A stretch of 63,532 nucleotides of DNA, filler included, from Octopus bimaculoides (Eukaryota): assembly GCF_001194135.2 (NCBI RefSeq). It is 6 parts of 6 records of this genome, joined end to end, with 100 filler letters (N's around TTAATTAATTAA, not from the genome) between each part and the next. Parts side by side here need not be neighbours in the genome. Positions count along the whole stretch, not along the records: positions 29,018 to 51,187 come from NC_068981.1; positions 51,288 to 59,381 come from NW_026347228.1; 4 more parts are not named here. One strand, given 5' to 3'. The notes beneath the pieces were generated by a model. It searched no databases. It worked only from the letters and a program-made list of their open reading frames with translations, and was not told the DNA's origin. Below are positions 38,331-51,739 of this stretch, in pieces. Position numbers and translations under genes: made by a program. Numbering within the stretch: the stretch's first letter is position 1; the number at the start of each line of letters is the position of its first letter.

Positions 38331-38837
38331 CATATATACTGTTGTGTCTGGGGAGAGTCATTCTCTTTTAGTGCCTTATAATTTAACACACTCACCAGTA
38401 AAATTTACACTTATTTCCTTCTTTAATTTTCTAAAATTTTCGTTGCGTCTTGCAATCTTTTCAATAGTTTTGAGAGACAAAAAATTATTCATACATTCAT
38501 TTCTTCTCCATTTTCTTCCCACCCCCCACAAAAAAAATATTGATTTGATAATTTCAATAATCCTTAACATACCAATAACTTCCACAGTATATGATAGGGA
38601 TTAACTTCCTCGAATTAACTGTGTATATATATATATATATATGATGGACTCTCCCGTCGTTAGATGACGTGTGAGGATTCAACAATTTCTTACTGAACAA
38701 CCGCACACATGATTTGTTTATAGTGATTAAATGCGTGTATAGGCATAAGCTCACTCCCTCCATCAGATCGACATTACCTGTACAGGTGCAACGGGTGTCA
38801 CATGTCAAAATATATGTGTGTATGTGTGTGTGTGTGT

Positions 38838-38883
<46 letters not shown>

Positions 38884-39379
38884 TTAAAGAATGTAGTTGT
38901 GCAAAAGCGATAAGAATACGGGAAGGTACAAAGTAAACAACAAATTGAAAAGAAAACATAACAAAGTTGCAGTTTAAACATTAAATTTCTATATTTCGGT
39001 GTGAAGATACCAGCTTCAGTACATTCGGAGAAGCGGTGGCTGGCAAAAGTTTGTTGCTCAGAAGTGCAACACACTTTGTTGTTTCTCTAGGAATCGTTAA
39101 ATTCTATCCTCCATAGCGCTCCAGATTATTGCAGGGAACAGCAATTTGCTAGTTATTTTTCTTTTTTCTCCTTGGCAGCTATGTGTCATTAGCGCCTAGA
39201 ATGAAGTTCATTGAAAGCCGCCTATGCTAAGTGGGCACTGCACACATTCTACGCAAAACACTTTCAATACAGTAATCATAAGAGCATCACAGCAAACCAC
39301 AGCACATACCCAAGGCATACAGAGCTGCGCTCGGTAGTGAAGTGAAAGCACGTTATAAAAATAAAACTACTGAACAATA

Positions 39380-39409
39380 ATAATAATGATGATGATGATG
39401 ATGATGATT

Positions 39410-39440
<31 letters not shown>

Positions 39441-41985
39441 CATTTATTTGCCACAAGAGAGAAAGATGAGGGAGACAATAGAAAGACAGTCATTATGTGT
39501 GAGGGTTTACATATAATGAAATGATGAAAAAAAGAAAGTATACATGTTTTACACTGAAAAAGAAAGGACATTTGCATAGTATACAAAGGTTTAAGAAAAT
39601 GTGGCGGGGAGGATGATAGAGATGTGGCCCTCCTGATACAGAAATTTCTCCTGGGATAATCGAGGAACCACGCGTCCGAGATTCCTCTGAAGCTCCAAGA
39701 GCAAGTGCCCTCTCCAATTCCTTCTCTCCAACTCACACGTCTACACTTTGAGAAGTATCATCCTCTCTTGCCATTTTCGCAACTTTCACCCACCTTTCGA
39801 TAAACTCACTTGAGGACAGCACTTCCCTCTCCACTTTCAATTTCCGTTTCAAATGAAATTTGAAGAAGTCAATGAGAGCTCTATCAAAGAGGAATCTATC
39901 TGTCCTCATGCTTTTCAGCCTTGTCCACCAAGTAACCTGTTTTGCCACAACTACCAGGCAAAGGAAAACTGCCTTGCCTGCCCGATTGAAGAAGGGCGGC
40001 AGCCGACAGACGGATGCGTCCCACACGTGACAGCAGCTGTTCAATATAACCGCACAAGTCAGCAATGCCCAGACACTGAGCGAAGGCGTGCAGAACGGTT
40101 TCGTCACTCTACACATACCTCTGACAAGCTTGTCTGACAGCACATCCGTACCTGTAGAGTTTATCGCGAATCTAGAAATTATCCATGATAGTTCTCGACC
40201 GAAAAGTCCTCCGGAACGGTCTAGCCAGTTCGTTCTCGTCGGCACCCAGAATCTCCCGAGAACCTCGTCCCACTTCCCCGTCACTAATCCTCTATAAATT
40301 TCTAAAACCGAACATCCACCAATCTCATTGTCCGACTGGTAGAGGGATGTGAGTGGCTGACAACATTCTAGGTGCCAAGTACCCAGTCTCAGTCTTTTCT
40401 TCACCCAGGACTGCAGCTCTGTCAAGGAGGCGAGCTGCGGAAAGGTAAGTCTCATAAATGGAGCTCGCACAGGCTCACCGTCTAGAAATCGCTACATGTA
40501 GCGTAACCTGAGAGCGTGTCTGCATATCAGGAGCCCCGGCATACTTAACCCGTCACTCAGAAGATGCTGGCAACAGACTGACCACCTGACCATTGGAACA
40601 CATCCATTCCACAAGAATTAAAATAAGAGACGCTCCAACCTGGTCAAGCAGTAACTGGGACAAGGCACGACAGTCAGGCGATAAATGATAACGGAGGCGA
40701 TATAAGCATTCGCATCTCTGCCCGACCTTTAAGGAACAGCTTCCTCTCAACCCATTTCTGGGTAAGACTGGTCACCCTGTTCGCTACCCTGTTCACCACC
40801 CTGTTCGCCACCCTGTCCCAGTTCTTATCAACCTGGGGGCCGGGACCAAATCAGTCCCCGAGCAGTTCAACTAGTCCTTCGGTCCAGCGTCCGGCGACGT
40901 CGTCCGATGGCATCGTCCAACTTCTCTAGGAGTCCAACCACAAACCTACCGACTTGTCGGCGTTGATTTAGCCCCTGCAGAAGACTCATATTCCTTTAGG
41001 ATGGTGCCGACCGTCTCCACTTCGGTGGCGTCCGACACCATTACTGTGACGTCGTTTGTGTATACCGATACTGCCTTTCTTTGTCTCAGTTCGAAAAGGA
41101 TGCTCCTTAGCTGTTCGAGTGCCAATGCGTACAGAAGAGGCGACAGCGGGAAGCCCTGACAGACCGAGCATGCGATGTCAAACGGCTCCGATAGGTGGCC
41201 GTTTACTTTGACCATTGAACAGGTACCACTGTGCAATGCACCGATCCAGCCTCTGAAAACGGGTCCAAAACTGTCTGCTTTCAGGACGGCTTCCAAGTAG
41301 CGATGGTCGAACCTATCGAATGATTTCGATTGATCCAAATTGATCAGAACACCCCCGAAGCCAGATTTAGTCCCAGCCCTATCTATGATATATTGCATAA
41401 GATGGCGGTTGTGGATAGACATGTTGGGGATTACACACGTTTGAGCTTTTTCGACCAGGCTACCGACGACAAGACCGAGTCTTTTCGCTAATACCTTAGA
41501 CAAAATCTTAAACTCTTTGTTTAACAGGATTATGGACCGAAAATTCTCTAGTATATTCTCATTGTTCGCTGGAAGTATTATGATGGAATTGTCCCTCTGT
41601 AGTCTTTTGATAGCGAACTTTTCTTCCTTAGTGATATTTGGTTTTGAAAGTTTAGCAACACCTCTAAGAACACTTAGAATTCTCTCATTTGTTGCCAGTT
41701 GTGGTAGACGTCTGCCAAGAGGTCGCCAAACAATCTGGCATGCATACATAGAATTCATAGGGCAGACCATCCAAACTGATGCGATCTGAGACTTGTGCAA
41801 TCGCTTTTCACCTCCTAAATATCAGCGGCTGTTATCGGCCTTTCACACAATCTCACGTCAGCTGCCGAGAGCCGCAGCAAGCCGTCCAGGAACGAACTAA
41901 AGTCCAATACCGTCGTCGACGCATCACCAAACAGCTGCGCGAAGTGCTGCTGAAATGCCGCACACATCTGCTCACAAAATAATAA
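39380..41985 (-). mobile_element. 5'-truncated Tx1/L1-clade LINE (ORF2 RT, zinc knuckle, 3' UTR), frameshifted
   Basis: LDGLPYEFY, ENFRSIILLNKEFKILSKVLAKRL, LDQSKSFDRFDH, QGFPLSPLLY, YTND (degenerate YADD), DETVLHAFAQC (frameshifted CCHC), C-terminus ...ERWVKVA. AATAAA at 39448-39443, then an (ATC)n/(TTA)n tail. Confidence 0.92.
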
Positions 41986-42445
41986 TGATAACGATAATGT
42001 TGATGATGATGGCGATTATGATGACGACGATGACGACGACGACCACGAGCACGACCTCGAGCACAACAACTACAACAATAATAGTGATTACAGTAATAGT
42101 AACTAAACGCTTGCAATGAAAGAAAAGTCAATATATATGGCATTACAATCCAATATCATATCCATTCGACTGTTTCACTTCTGAGCCACCCACAGGCTCC
42201 CACGTATAAACTACATCTCAATACTCATATGCAGGTTGGCATGCAAATGCATACATGCATGAACACAAACACAAAGAACCCATTCGCTGTCACGTCAAAT
42301 GGCATTGTAAAACACCTGTATGAGATGAGTCATCGAGGAAACTTCAATGGGATTAGTTGTTTGATCTGCTAGAAAGGCTAGTCAAATCTATTTCAATACA
42401 CGCTTTTGTCTTCAAATATGTGTGCGTGCGTGTGTGTGTAAGTAC

Positions 42446-42477
<32 letters not shown>

Positions 42478-42750
42478 ATGTATATATATATACATATATA
42501 TANNNNNNNNNNNNNNNNNNNNNNNNNNNNNNNNNNNNNNNNNNNNNNNNNNNNNNNNNNNNNNNNNNNNNNNNNNNNNNNNNNNNNNNNNNNNNNNNNN
42601 NNNNNNNNNNNNNNNNNNNNNNNNNNNNNNNNNNNNNNNNNNNNNNNNNNNNNNNNNNNNNNNNNNNNNNNNNNNNNNNNNNNNNNNNNNNNNNNNNNNN
42701 NNNNNNNNNNNNNNNNNNNNNNNNNNNNNNNNNNNNNNNNNNNNNNNNNN

Positions 42751-42783
<33 letters not shown>

Positions 42784-43104
42784 TATGTATATGTACAAAC
42801 ACACACATATATATATAATATTGCATCAGAAAATATGGTCCTAGATTTCAGAAAGATATTCGTGATGGTCGCGGCTGGAGATCTTGTTAATCATAAGTCT
42901 GCTTAATTAGAGAACAGCTTGGTGGTATTAGATTATACGTCGGTTTCGGTGAAGAATATTCTGTGTAAATGTTTGAGTATTCCACAGACATGTGTGCTCT
43001 TAACAGAATTCTCACGCTGAATCAGTTGTACCACAATGAAACACAGCTGAGCCTTTGACTTTCGAGAAAACCGGAAGAGAGAAAGAAGGAAAGAGGGATA
43101 GACG

Positions 43105-43275
43105 AGCTAGGAGGAGAATCGACGCCAGTTGCTTTATTGTACCTTTATCGATCCCTCTAAAATAAATTGTAAACTGCTTTTAGTGAGAATGGAATTCGAA
43201 ACGCGAAGAGCCGAAAAAATATACTGTAGGGTCATCCCTCCGACACTTTCACGATTACTCCATTTCCCTGCCTTA
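43105..43275 (-). mobile_element. Old SINE family A copy
   Basis: Degenerate match to ...atcga...tttatcga...gaattcgaaacgcgaagagccgaaa...cacgattactcc. Confidence 0.5.
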
Positions 43276-43858
43276 CAACAACCTGTATAAAACATAAAAG
43301 ATCTTTAGAGTTGGGCATGTTTACATAAATTTGCTAAAATACTTGCTCACACGCACTCTTAAACGTAAGAAGGCACACATTTTCACCCACGCTCTCATGC
43401 ACACCACGCACGCAAAACAAAAAGAACACTCACGCACACATACTCAAACAGACGCACAAGCACACGCGTCCACAAACAGACACACATATACACACACACA
43501 CACGTGAACACGCCCATCGAAACGTGTATGAGAAGAAAGTGGGTGTGTGGTAAATTTTTGCTTTACTACTTTTTTCCCCCTTATTGCATACCATGTTATT
43601 ATCATTGCATCAAAATATTTGTTTTGTTTTTATTTTCGAGTAGATTATAGGTTTCTTTCTCAAAGTGAACGTCTTCGTTCACTTCTTTCTTTCCTCCTCC
43701 CCTTCAACCTCCTTCTGCTCCCCCTCAACCTCCTCCCACACCTCCTCGTTTTCCTCCCTTTCTTTCCTCCTTACTCTTCTTTAACTCAGAACGTACAGTA
43801 CAGACTGACAAAATGAGAGTAATCTTAATAGGCACACATTTACAAATAAATGCACATA

Positions 43859-44127
43859 GGCGCACGCGTAACCGTGTGGTAAGAAGCTTGCTTCCCAGTC
43901 ACATGGTTCCGGGTCTGTATCTTTGTGTCTCTGCTTGTTTACCACCATCGCTTGACAACCGGTGTTGGTGTGTTTACGTCCCCGTAACTTAAAGGTTCGG
44001 CAAAAGAGAACAGATTTACAAAGAATAAGTCCTAGGGTTGATTTCTTCGACTAAAGAACCCTGTTTGGCGGTGCTCCAGCATAGCCACAGTCAATCGAAA
44101 CTGAAACTAGTAAAAGAATAAAAGAAA
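43859..44127 (+). mobile_element. SINE family B with internal deletion
   Basis: Head ggcgcacgcgtaaccgtgtggtaagaagc...ggttccggg joined directly to the 3' half (catcgcttgacaaccgg...gtaaaagaataaaaga). Confidence 0.85.
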
Positions 44128-44566
44128 GCAAAAACTACAAAGAAAACATTGACACATACAGGGACACACCCTGGGACTCACATAGGCACACTAATACAAA
44201 AGCAATCAGAAAAACACACACACATACATGCACCCAGAAAACCGCAAACAAATGCATACACTGATAGATGCATGCACACTTACATACATACATACGTACA
44301 TACGTACATACATACATACATACATACGTACAGAAACACATAAGCACATAATACATATAATACACACGCTCACATACAGCAATATGGGTGTGTCCTTATA
44401 TATTATCTTTTCTTTGTGCGTGCATGCGTATTTGCATGTGCTATGTGTGTGCGTATGATTGTGTGTGTTTGTGTGGGAGTTTGCATTGTGTGTGTGTGTG
44501 TGTGTGTGTGTGTATGCGTGTGTATGTGTGTGCGTGTGTGTGTGTGTGTATGCGTGTGTGTATGCA

Positions 44567-44629
<63 letters not shown>

Positions 44630-44787
44630 TTTTGTATGAGTGAATCCATGTCTCCAAAGAGTTATAAAACCTTTCTGGTACTTTCGATTGACTCTTGTAT
44701 ATCTTATAACTGCTCTTCTTACTCCCTCTCACCATTTTGCAGGTTTACATACGCCAAGGTCCGTCACTTTCTCTCTCTAACTTGTGT

Positions 44788-44854
<67 letters not shown>

Positions 44855-45290
44855 CATGACCACTCATTTTCTTTCTTCACTTTGTCTCATATCCTCTTTC
44901 TCACACAGACGATGTTTCTCTACGTGCCCATAACCAACCGCACATTCAACACAATAACTAAGTATTGAGTTCTTTTGAAACCTCTAACATGATACCTATG
45001 TATGCGTATGATTTTATACAAAGACAGATAGACACACAGACACACAGACAGACAGAGCGAGAGTGAGGAAGACAGAGAGGGTGAGGAAGACAACGTGTTA
45101 TATATGGTCACACCCAAATTGCTGAAAGAATACTTTATGCATGTGTAAGTGTGTGTACAAGTGTGCGTGTTTGTGTGAGTGTCTAGGTGTTTGTGTGTGT
45201 TAGTGTGCGTGCTTGTGTGTGTGTAGGTGAGTGTAAGTGTGCGTGCTTGTGTGTGTGTGTATGTGTGTGTGCCTGTGTGTGTGTGTGTGT

Positions 45291-45321
<31 letters not shown>

Positions 45322-45756
45322 AGACATATATATATAACTGAAAAAGGAACTCTACTGTAATAGGAAGTCATGTACTGCTATGTTGCCAGTAACAAAGATA
45401 AACCTGCGTAGTCTATCTTGGGCTAAGAAATGGTATATTCTTTGCACACTGAAGAGTATAATTTTGCAATCTAAGAACAGGAAATCGCAACAAAGTACTT
45501 AGAGCATAAAAGGAATGACTGATGTACGTAAAACGTCTAAATGTGAAAACCACTGCAGACTCCGTAGCAGTGTTTCTCAACCATCTTTTACTTATGCACC
45601 CCGTTAATTCCTATGTTATTCAGATGAAATTTCCAAGCCATTCGATGTCTAAAAAAGTTATATTTTCATAGCTAAACGTTATTAGAAACTGTATAAAAAA
45701 TTGTTAAAATACTTTGTGAATTGTAGAAATCTAACAGATTTATTGCAGATATTGAT

Positions 45757-45920
45757 TTCAAATGTTGGCACAAGGTCAGTTTCGTATTTATTTTTCGACT
45801 CTAAAAGGATAAATATCGAAGTTGACCTCGGCGGAACATGAATTCTGAACGTACAGACGAACAAAATGCCGCTGAGCATTTTACCCAGCGTGCTAACGTT
45901 TCTGCCGACTCGCAGTCTTA
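45757..45920 (-). mobile_element. SINE family A (internally deleted)
   Basis: gttgacctcggcggaacatgaattctgaacgt...cagcgtgctaacgtttctgccgactcgc. Confidence 0.75.
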
Positions 45921-46259
45921 TTGCAGATAAATATTAACAAAGAAATCTTATATGGACCCCCCACCCCACCCCCAAGGGCCATAAGGACCTTGGTTGAGAA
46001 CCTCTGCTCTATAGCATTAAAGCTGAAGATGTAGGCCACACCATAATCAGCTACCTTAAAATGCCGTCACAAGAGTAATTACCAAGGAAGCATTATGTAG
46101 TGACTAAATCACTATAAAATGTAATCCGTAGAAAGGAAACCTCTGAAAGTATAAAATATAAAAACGTTCTTGTGATATACAGCGATTTTACCCTATATAA
46201 GCAAATATATAGGTGAAGTCGTCTTGAAAAAAACTACGGCAAAATATTGGCCTAATATA

Positions 46260-46806
46260 CAGGGTTTCCCCCCAAAATTTACATGATTTCTGAGTCAAAT
46301 AACAAAGCCAATTCTCTCTCAAACGATCTCAAAGTTTAGCAAGTTGTGTAAGCAGTAATAATGTTTGGCTCAGTCATAATTACAATGTTCTGTTGAAATA
46401 GCCACCACGTTCTCCTGAACCTGACACCTTGTGATTTTCTTCTACTGGGCTAATTGAAAGAACTGGTTTATATGCCCCCCCCCTTTTCCTACAAACCTAG
46501 AGCAACTCAAGCAGAAAATCACTGAGGTACTGGATAATGATATGCAAGACATGCTACAGCGTGTCTGGCAGGAGCTGGACTACCGACTTGACCTGTATCG
46601 TGTCACAGGCGGTGCGCATTTTGAACATTTGGGAAGCTTTATGAAATCGGTTATAAAATCTACACCGCTCTGCACCGCTTGTTCGAATTTCGATAAATAC
46701 ATCTTCTATTGTTCAACACGAAGCCTATTCAATTTTGTTTGCCTAGGACATGTAGTTTCACAGATATTCACATTTTAAATTATATCAATTTTTGGGACAC
46801 ACCCTG
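46260..46806 (+). mobile_element. Tc1/mariner internal-deletion derivative
   Basis: TA|CAGGGTTTCCCCCCAAAATT...AATTTTTGGGACACACCCTG|TA. Transposase C-terminus PPRSP...DMLQRVWQELDYRLDLYRVTGGAHFEHL. Confidence 0.9.
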
Positions 46807-47610
46807 TATTACACAGAATATTTTGTCACAGAAAAAGTAAAAAGATATTTAAAAACATATATCTGTTACTAAGCATTGAGGTTAAACCTGCCTATTAGAC
46901 ATTTACGCTTGTGATTACTAACTATGTTACTAGATAACTCAGCACCTATTTTAAGATCCTTAGTGTCAGAAAACGTGAGAGGTGGCGGCTAATTATGAAA
47001 TTACAATCACAAAGCATTGAAGAGATTATGAAAATATGTAACATATATCAGCTTTTTTTTTTAGTACAAGGACAGGATAAAATTCTGTTATACGAAATGT
47101 AAGTGACTTAACAGCATAAAAATGTGTACACGTATGTACTTGTGCTTATGCTGCGTATGCATTCATGCAAAGATAAATACAAAGATAAATACAAAGATAA
47201 ATACATAATGTTTAAAATTCGAATAAAAGAATATTGTTTCTGTTTTACTGAGATATTTAAACAGATATGTAAATAAGTAGATTACATTGAACATTACCAC
47301 TAACATAGAGAATTGTGAAATGGAGTAAAAGATAATGTGTGCACACGTTCGCACACGTATATCTGTAAGGGAGTATATATACAGACATACTGTACGCGCA
47401 CTGCTTGTTCGCTGGTGGGCTACAAATGGTGCGTGGGAGATGACCCCATGAAAGCGTCATGTGTTAAAACATCTAAAAGTCATAGGCAGGCGAGACAACT
47501 TACCCCAAGACCCATCCAGGAGCGATGGACATCGAGGTTTTGCAATTTTTGTGGCTTATCAACATCACGTACCTGAATCTTATTGGAGGCGAACTGATAT
47601 CATATAATCG

Positions 47611-47654
<44 letters not shown>

Positions 47655-47710
47655 CTCTATCTGTCTGCTGTCTGTCTGTAGAAACATATCTAACTAAAGT
47701 CGCATCATCT

Positions 47711-47950
47711 AAAGGCGGCGAGCTGGCAGGAACGTTAGCACGCCGGGCGAAATGCTAAACCGTATTTCGTCTGTCTTTATGTTCTGAGTTCAAATTCCTC
47801 CGAGCTCGACTTTGCCTTTCATCCTTTCGGGGTCGATAAATTAAATACCAGTAACGTACTGAGGCCGATGTAATCGACTTAATCCCTTTGTCTGTCCTTG
47901 TTTTTCCCCTCTATGTTTAGCTCCTTGAGGGCAATAGAGAAATAAGAAAC
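47711..47950 (+). mobile_element. SINE family A (well preserved)
   Basis: ggcggcgagctggcaggaacgttagcacgccgggcgaaatgc...ctgagttcaaattcc, with a full body. Confidence 0.9.
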
Positions 47951-48869
47951 ATATCTAACTATATACATACATATATATATATTTATTTATTTATATACAG
48001 ATATATATTCATGTGATAGTAAATATGTGTGTGTGCCTGTCAGTGTGTATGTATATATTCATGGGTATATTTGTACATGTATAAAATCATTGTTTTATTT
48101 ATTTTGAGAACGAGGCATTCTTTTTTCCACTATCGCACACGTTTGTTCACATTTGCGCCTTTACGTTCTTTCCTTATACATTCTTCTCTCTTAATCATCC
48201 TTATTTTCCAGGTGTTTCTTTCTCTGATTGTCCTCGTTGAACCTCTCTCTTCTTCGATATTCGTGTGTATGTGTGCGCACGTATGCGTATGGGTGTGCGA
48301 GTTTGTGTGTATGCGTGTGCGTGTGTGCGTATGCGCGCATGTGCGTGTGTGAGTATGCATGTATATGTTTACACGTACGTACAAGCATTACGGTTTCTCA
48401 TTTTTGAGGCAACAATTTCATTTCCCGTGCACTTTCACATCCACACTTTCTATCTCACTTCTCTCTCGTACCATTCCATCTCTTCCTTACACGTTTCTCA
48501 TTCTCTGCGTATCCTTCTCCGATTCCTTTCACTTAATCTACTGTCACTTTCACTTTCTATCTTTTCCATTCTATACGCACGCACACATGCACAAAAACAC
48601 GCACTCAAAGTCACCCACTCACGTGCACACACAGGAACACACGCACAAAAATATGCGCATTCGCATATGTGTGTGTGTGTGTGTGTATACAAATACATAT
48701 ACATGTACACATATATATACATATACATATATATATACAAGAATAAGGGCAGAGAATCGTCAATTAATAATAGAATTAATAATTAACAATTCTGCCAAGT
48801 AGTTCAGTATGAAAAAAACCTTTATCGGTAAGACTATTTATCATTATAAATATATTTATCATATACATA

Positions 48870-48953
<84 letters not shown>

Positions 48954-49180
48954 CATACACACATATATATATGTGTGTATATATAAGTACATGTATATGT
49001 TTTTGTATATATATATTCTTAATTCCGGCATTGTAACTATCTAACAAGCTTGTTTAACAACCAGTTTCAGTAATTCTACTGCGTTGTTGGTATCGTCTGC
49101 CTCAGTTTCCCAATCTCATTCCCTCAGTTTAGTTCGCACGCACACACACACACACACACGCACGCACACACACACACACA

Positions 49181-49220
<40 letters not shown>

Positions 49221-50344
49221 CACGCAAATATATGTATATATATGTGTGTTTGTACATATAGCTTCATGTGTACATTCAACGAAATCTGTCACATTGTGGG
49301 GCCGCTTTCCTTCCCTCAATTATTCTCTGCGAACCCCCCGACCCTTTGCACATGACCCTCTCCGACCCTCATCCGATCGCTAAATGATTGATAATTGCAC
49401 ACGGCCGGCTTCATCTTTGTACTGATCGCCAACACGACGGTAGCTATTAAAGCAATACTGACGTCCGACTTCTGACATTAATACCAGCATTGCAGATGGC
49501 TCACTACTCTGGAGCACCATACCGTGGTGGTGTGGGTGAACGGGGAAATAGTGGTTCGGATCACATTTGAGTAGCTTAATACGGTGGTTGTTTTGACATA
49601 GCAAATATCATTGTTACTATCATCAAGTGTAAGCGTGCAAGTGTGTGAGTGGGTGTTTGCGAGTGTTTGTGTGTATGTGTGTGTATCCGTTTTCCTGTTT
49701 GCGTGGGTGTGAATGTGTTGGGCTTCATGCATATATATATATATATATATATATAGCTTCTTTGTGTGCATGTGTATGTATGTTCGCGTTAAGTTTGCAT
49801 ACTGATTCGCATTTCGCCTCTGTGCATTTTTTCGAGTGCTATGCGCATGCACACGCAGATAGAAACACACACATCTATTCAGTTATACACACACAAATAC
49901 ATAGAAACGCGCACGCACACTGCGCTTTTAGCCGTGCAATATTATGCGTATCACAAACTATGTATGATTATGTCTGTATATGTATCGCTGAATATTCTAA
50001 GCTAAGTACTGTAAGCTGAGTAAACAGTATATATGTATAAGCGTTTCAATGTATGCATCGTGTCTGACTTGCGTGAGAGTATGTATCGTATATGCACATT
50101 TTGTTATGTCTATATATGTTACTAGTATATATGATCAATGTTTTTCAATATGTATACGATTTTTTACGTATTAGTGGGTTATATGATAGTATATGATACT
50201 ATTTCTGGTCAGATCTAGAGATAAGAGTGAATATAGAAACGTGAAATTCATTGCCATACATAGCCACATAAGTTCATATATGTATGCCTGTATCTATTTT
50301 ACGCATATATTTTGTATAGATGTATGTGTATACATTTATATATA

Positions 50345-50384
<40 letters not shown>

Positions 50385-50522
50385 CATATATGTATATATA
50401 TACATATGCATATGTATGCATATATANNNNNNNNNNNNNNNNNNNNNNNNNNNNNNNNNNNNNNNNNNNNNNNNNNNNNNNNNNNNNNNNNNNNNNNNNN
50501 NNNNNNNNNNNNNNNNNNNNNN

Positions 50523-50559
<37 letters not shown>

Positions 50560-51005
50560 GCATATGCTGCGACTCTGTACTATTTTTTCCCAATCGTTTT
50601 CTCTCATCCTTTTCTCTAATTCTCTTTTTCTCCCCTTCACCGTTTTCTTTCTGTCTCTGTCGCTCGTCCTCCTTTCCTCTCTCTCTCGTTGCTCACATGC
50701 GACCATTGTCCATATTTCTTTTCCTCACATGATCATCTTTCTTTTCCCTCAGGACTGTCCTATTTTATCTCTCTTCTGTCTTATCTCTTGTCAAAGAAAA
50801 TATTTAAGCATCGTTCGCTATTCTACCCTCTAATAGTCTGGTCTAACGACACTCCATGTTTTTTTTTCGTTCGGTTTACTTGTATGTATCCACTGTCCTG
50901 TTTTTGTTCCCAAATTTGACACTCTATAAATATATATATACATATATCTATGTTTGTGTGTGTGTGTGTACATTTATATATATATGCATATATATATTAT
51001 TTATA

Positions 51006-51041
<36 letters not shown>

Positions 51042-51129
51042 GAGAATATACAAAAAATAACAACAAACGAGGACAGGTGGTGTAAATAACAAAAGTATAT
51101 ATTAGTATGACGCTCGGGAATACGGAAAG

Positions 51130-51166
51130 TCTTTGACGTTTCGAGCTACGCTCTTCAACAGAAAGA
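51130..51166 (-). ncRNA. Minimal type-I hammerhead-like motif (best-preserved copy) in a short Penelope-associated repeat (~51040-51187)
   Basis: Minus strand reads UCUUU-CUGUUGA-A-GAGC-gua-GCUC-GAA-ACGU-C-AAAGA: 5-bp stem I (UCUUU/AAAGA), 4-bp stem II, GAA, palindromic stem III ACGU, GUC cleavage triplet. The core has U instead of A6 and one extra A after A9. Confidence 0.6.
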
Positions 51167-51288
51167 ATACGGAGACAAGGAGAAAAANNNNNNNNNNNNN
51201 NNNNNNNNNNNNNNNNNNNNNNNNNNNNNNNTTAATTAATTAANNNNNNNNNNNNNNNNNNNNNNNNNNNNNNNNNNNNNNNNNNNNC

Positions 51289-51739
51289 AGAGTCCTGTTG
51301 CAAGACATAGGGTCTTCCAGCAGCCACCCTCTTGACCAGGGTGACACTACATCCTCCACACACTTGATGTAGGCCTCTGTGTTGAGTCTGAGGCCATGTT
51401 GGAAGATGAATGGAGGCATAACTCACCATTACTAGTGATCACTCCCAACGCTATGATGTTGACTGGACGTTTGATTTTTATCACTCTTGGTACATGCCCT
51501 CAGATTCACACTCAAACACTCTGAAATGTTCATATTGGAGCTTCCAGTGTGAACGTCAGGCAGTACAGCATATCATTTCCAAATTTCTGGCAGAATGAAT
51601 TGCCTCATGGTGATGTTTTTCTCACAGATGGTGTCCAACTGACCACGCTATACTGTGTAGTCGACAAAATCAAAAACAAACAATGTGCATGTATGAAATT
51701 AAAAATATGAAATGGTAACAATTTACCCATTGTACCCTG
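51289..51739 (-). mobile_element. Tc1/mariner-superfamily element (5' TIR plus deleted transposase)
   Basis: TA|CAGGGTACAATGGGTAAATT terminal repeat. Frameshifted catalytic-domain remnants KRPVNIIALGVITSNG and VKRVAAGRPYVLQQDS. Runs into a gap. Confidence 0.8.

Noticed and set aside
40774-40817. Four 12-bp repeats (accctgttcgc-type) resembling an array
   Set aside because: Local slippage inside the Tx1 ORF with no spacers; not CRISPR-like.
47337-47576. Cys-rich 79-aa plus-strand ORF as the missing Ly6 second exon
   Set aside because: The Cys spacing lacks the terminal C.C...CN pattern and there is no phase-1 acceptor.
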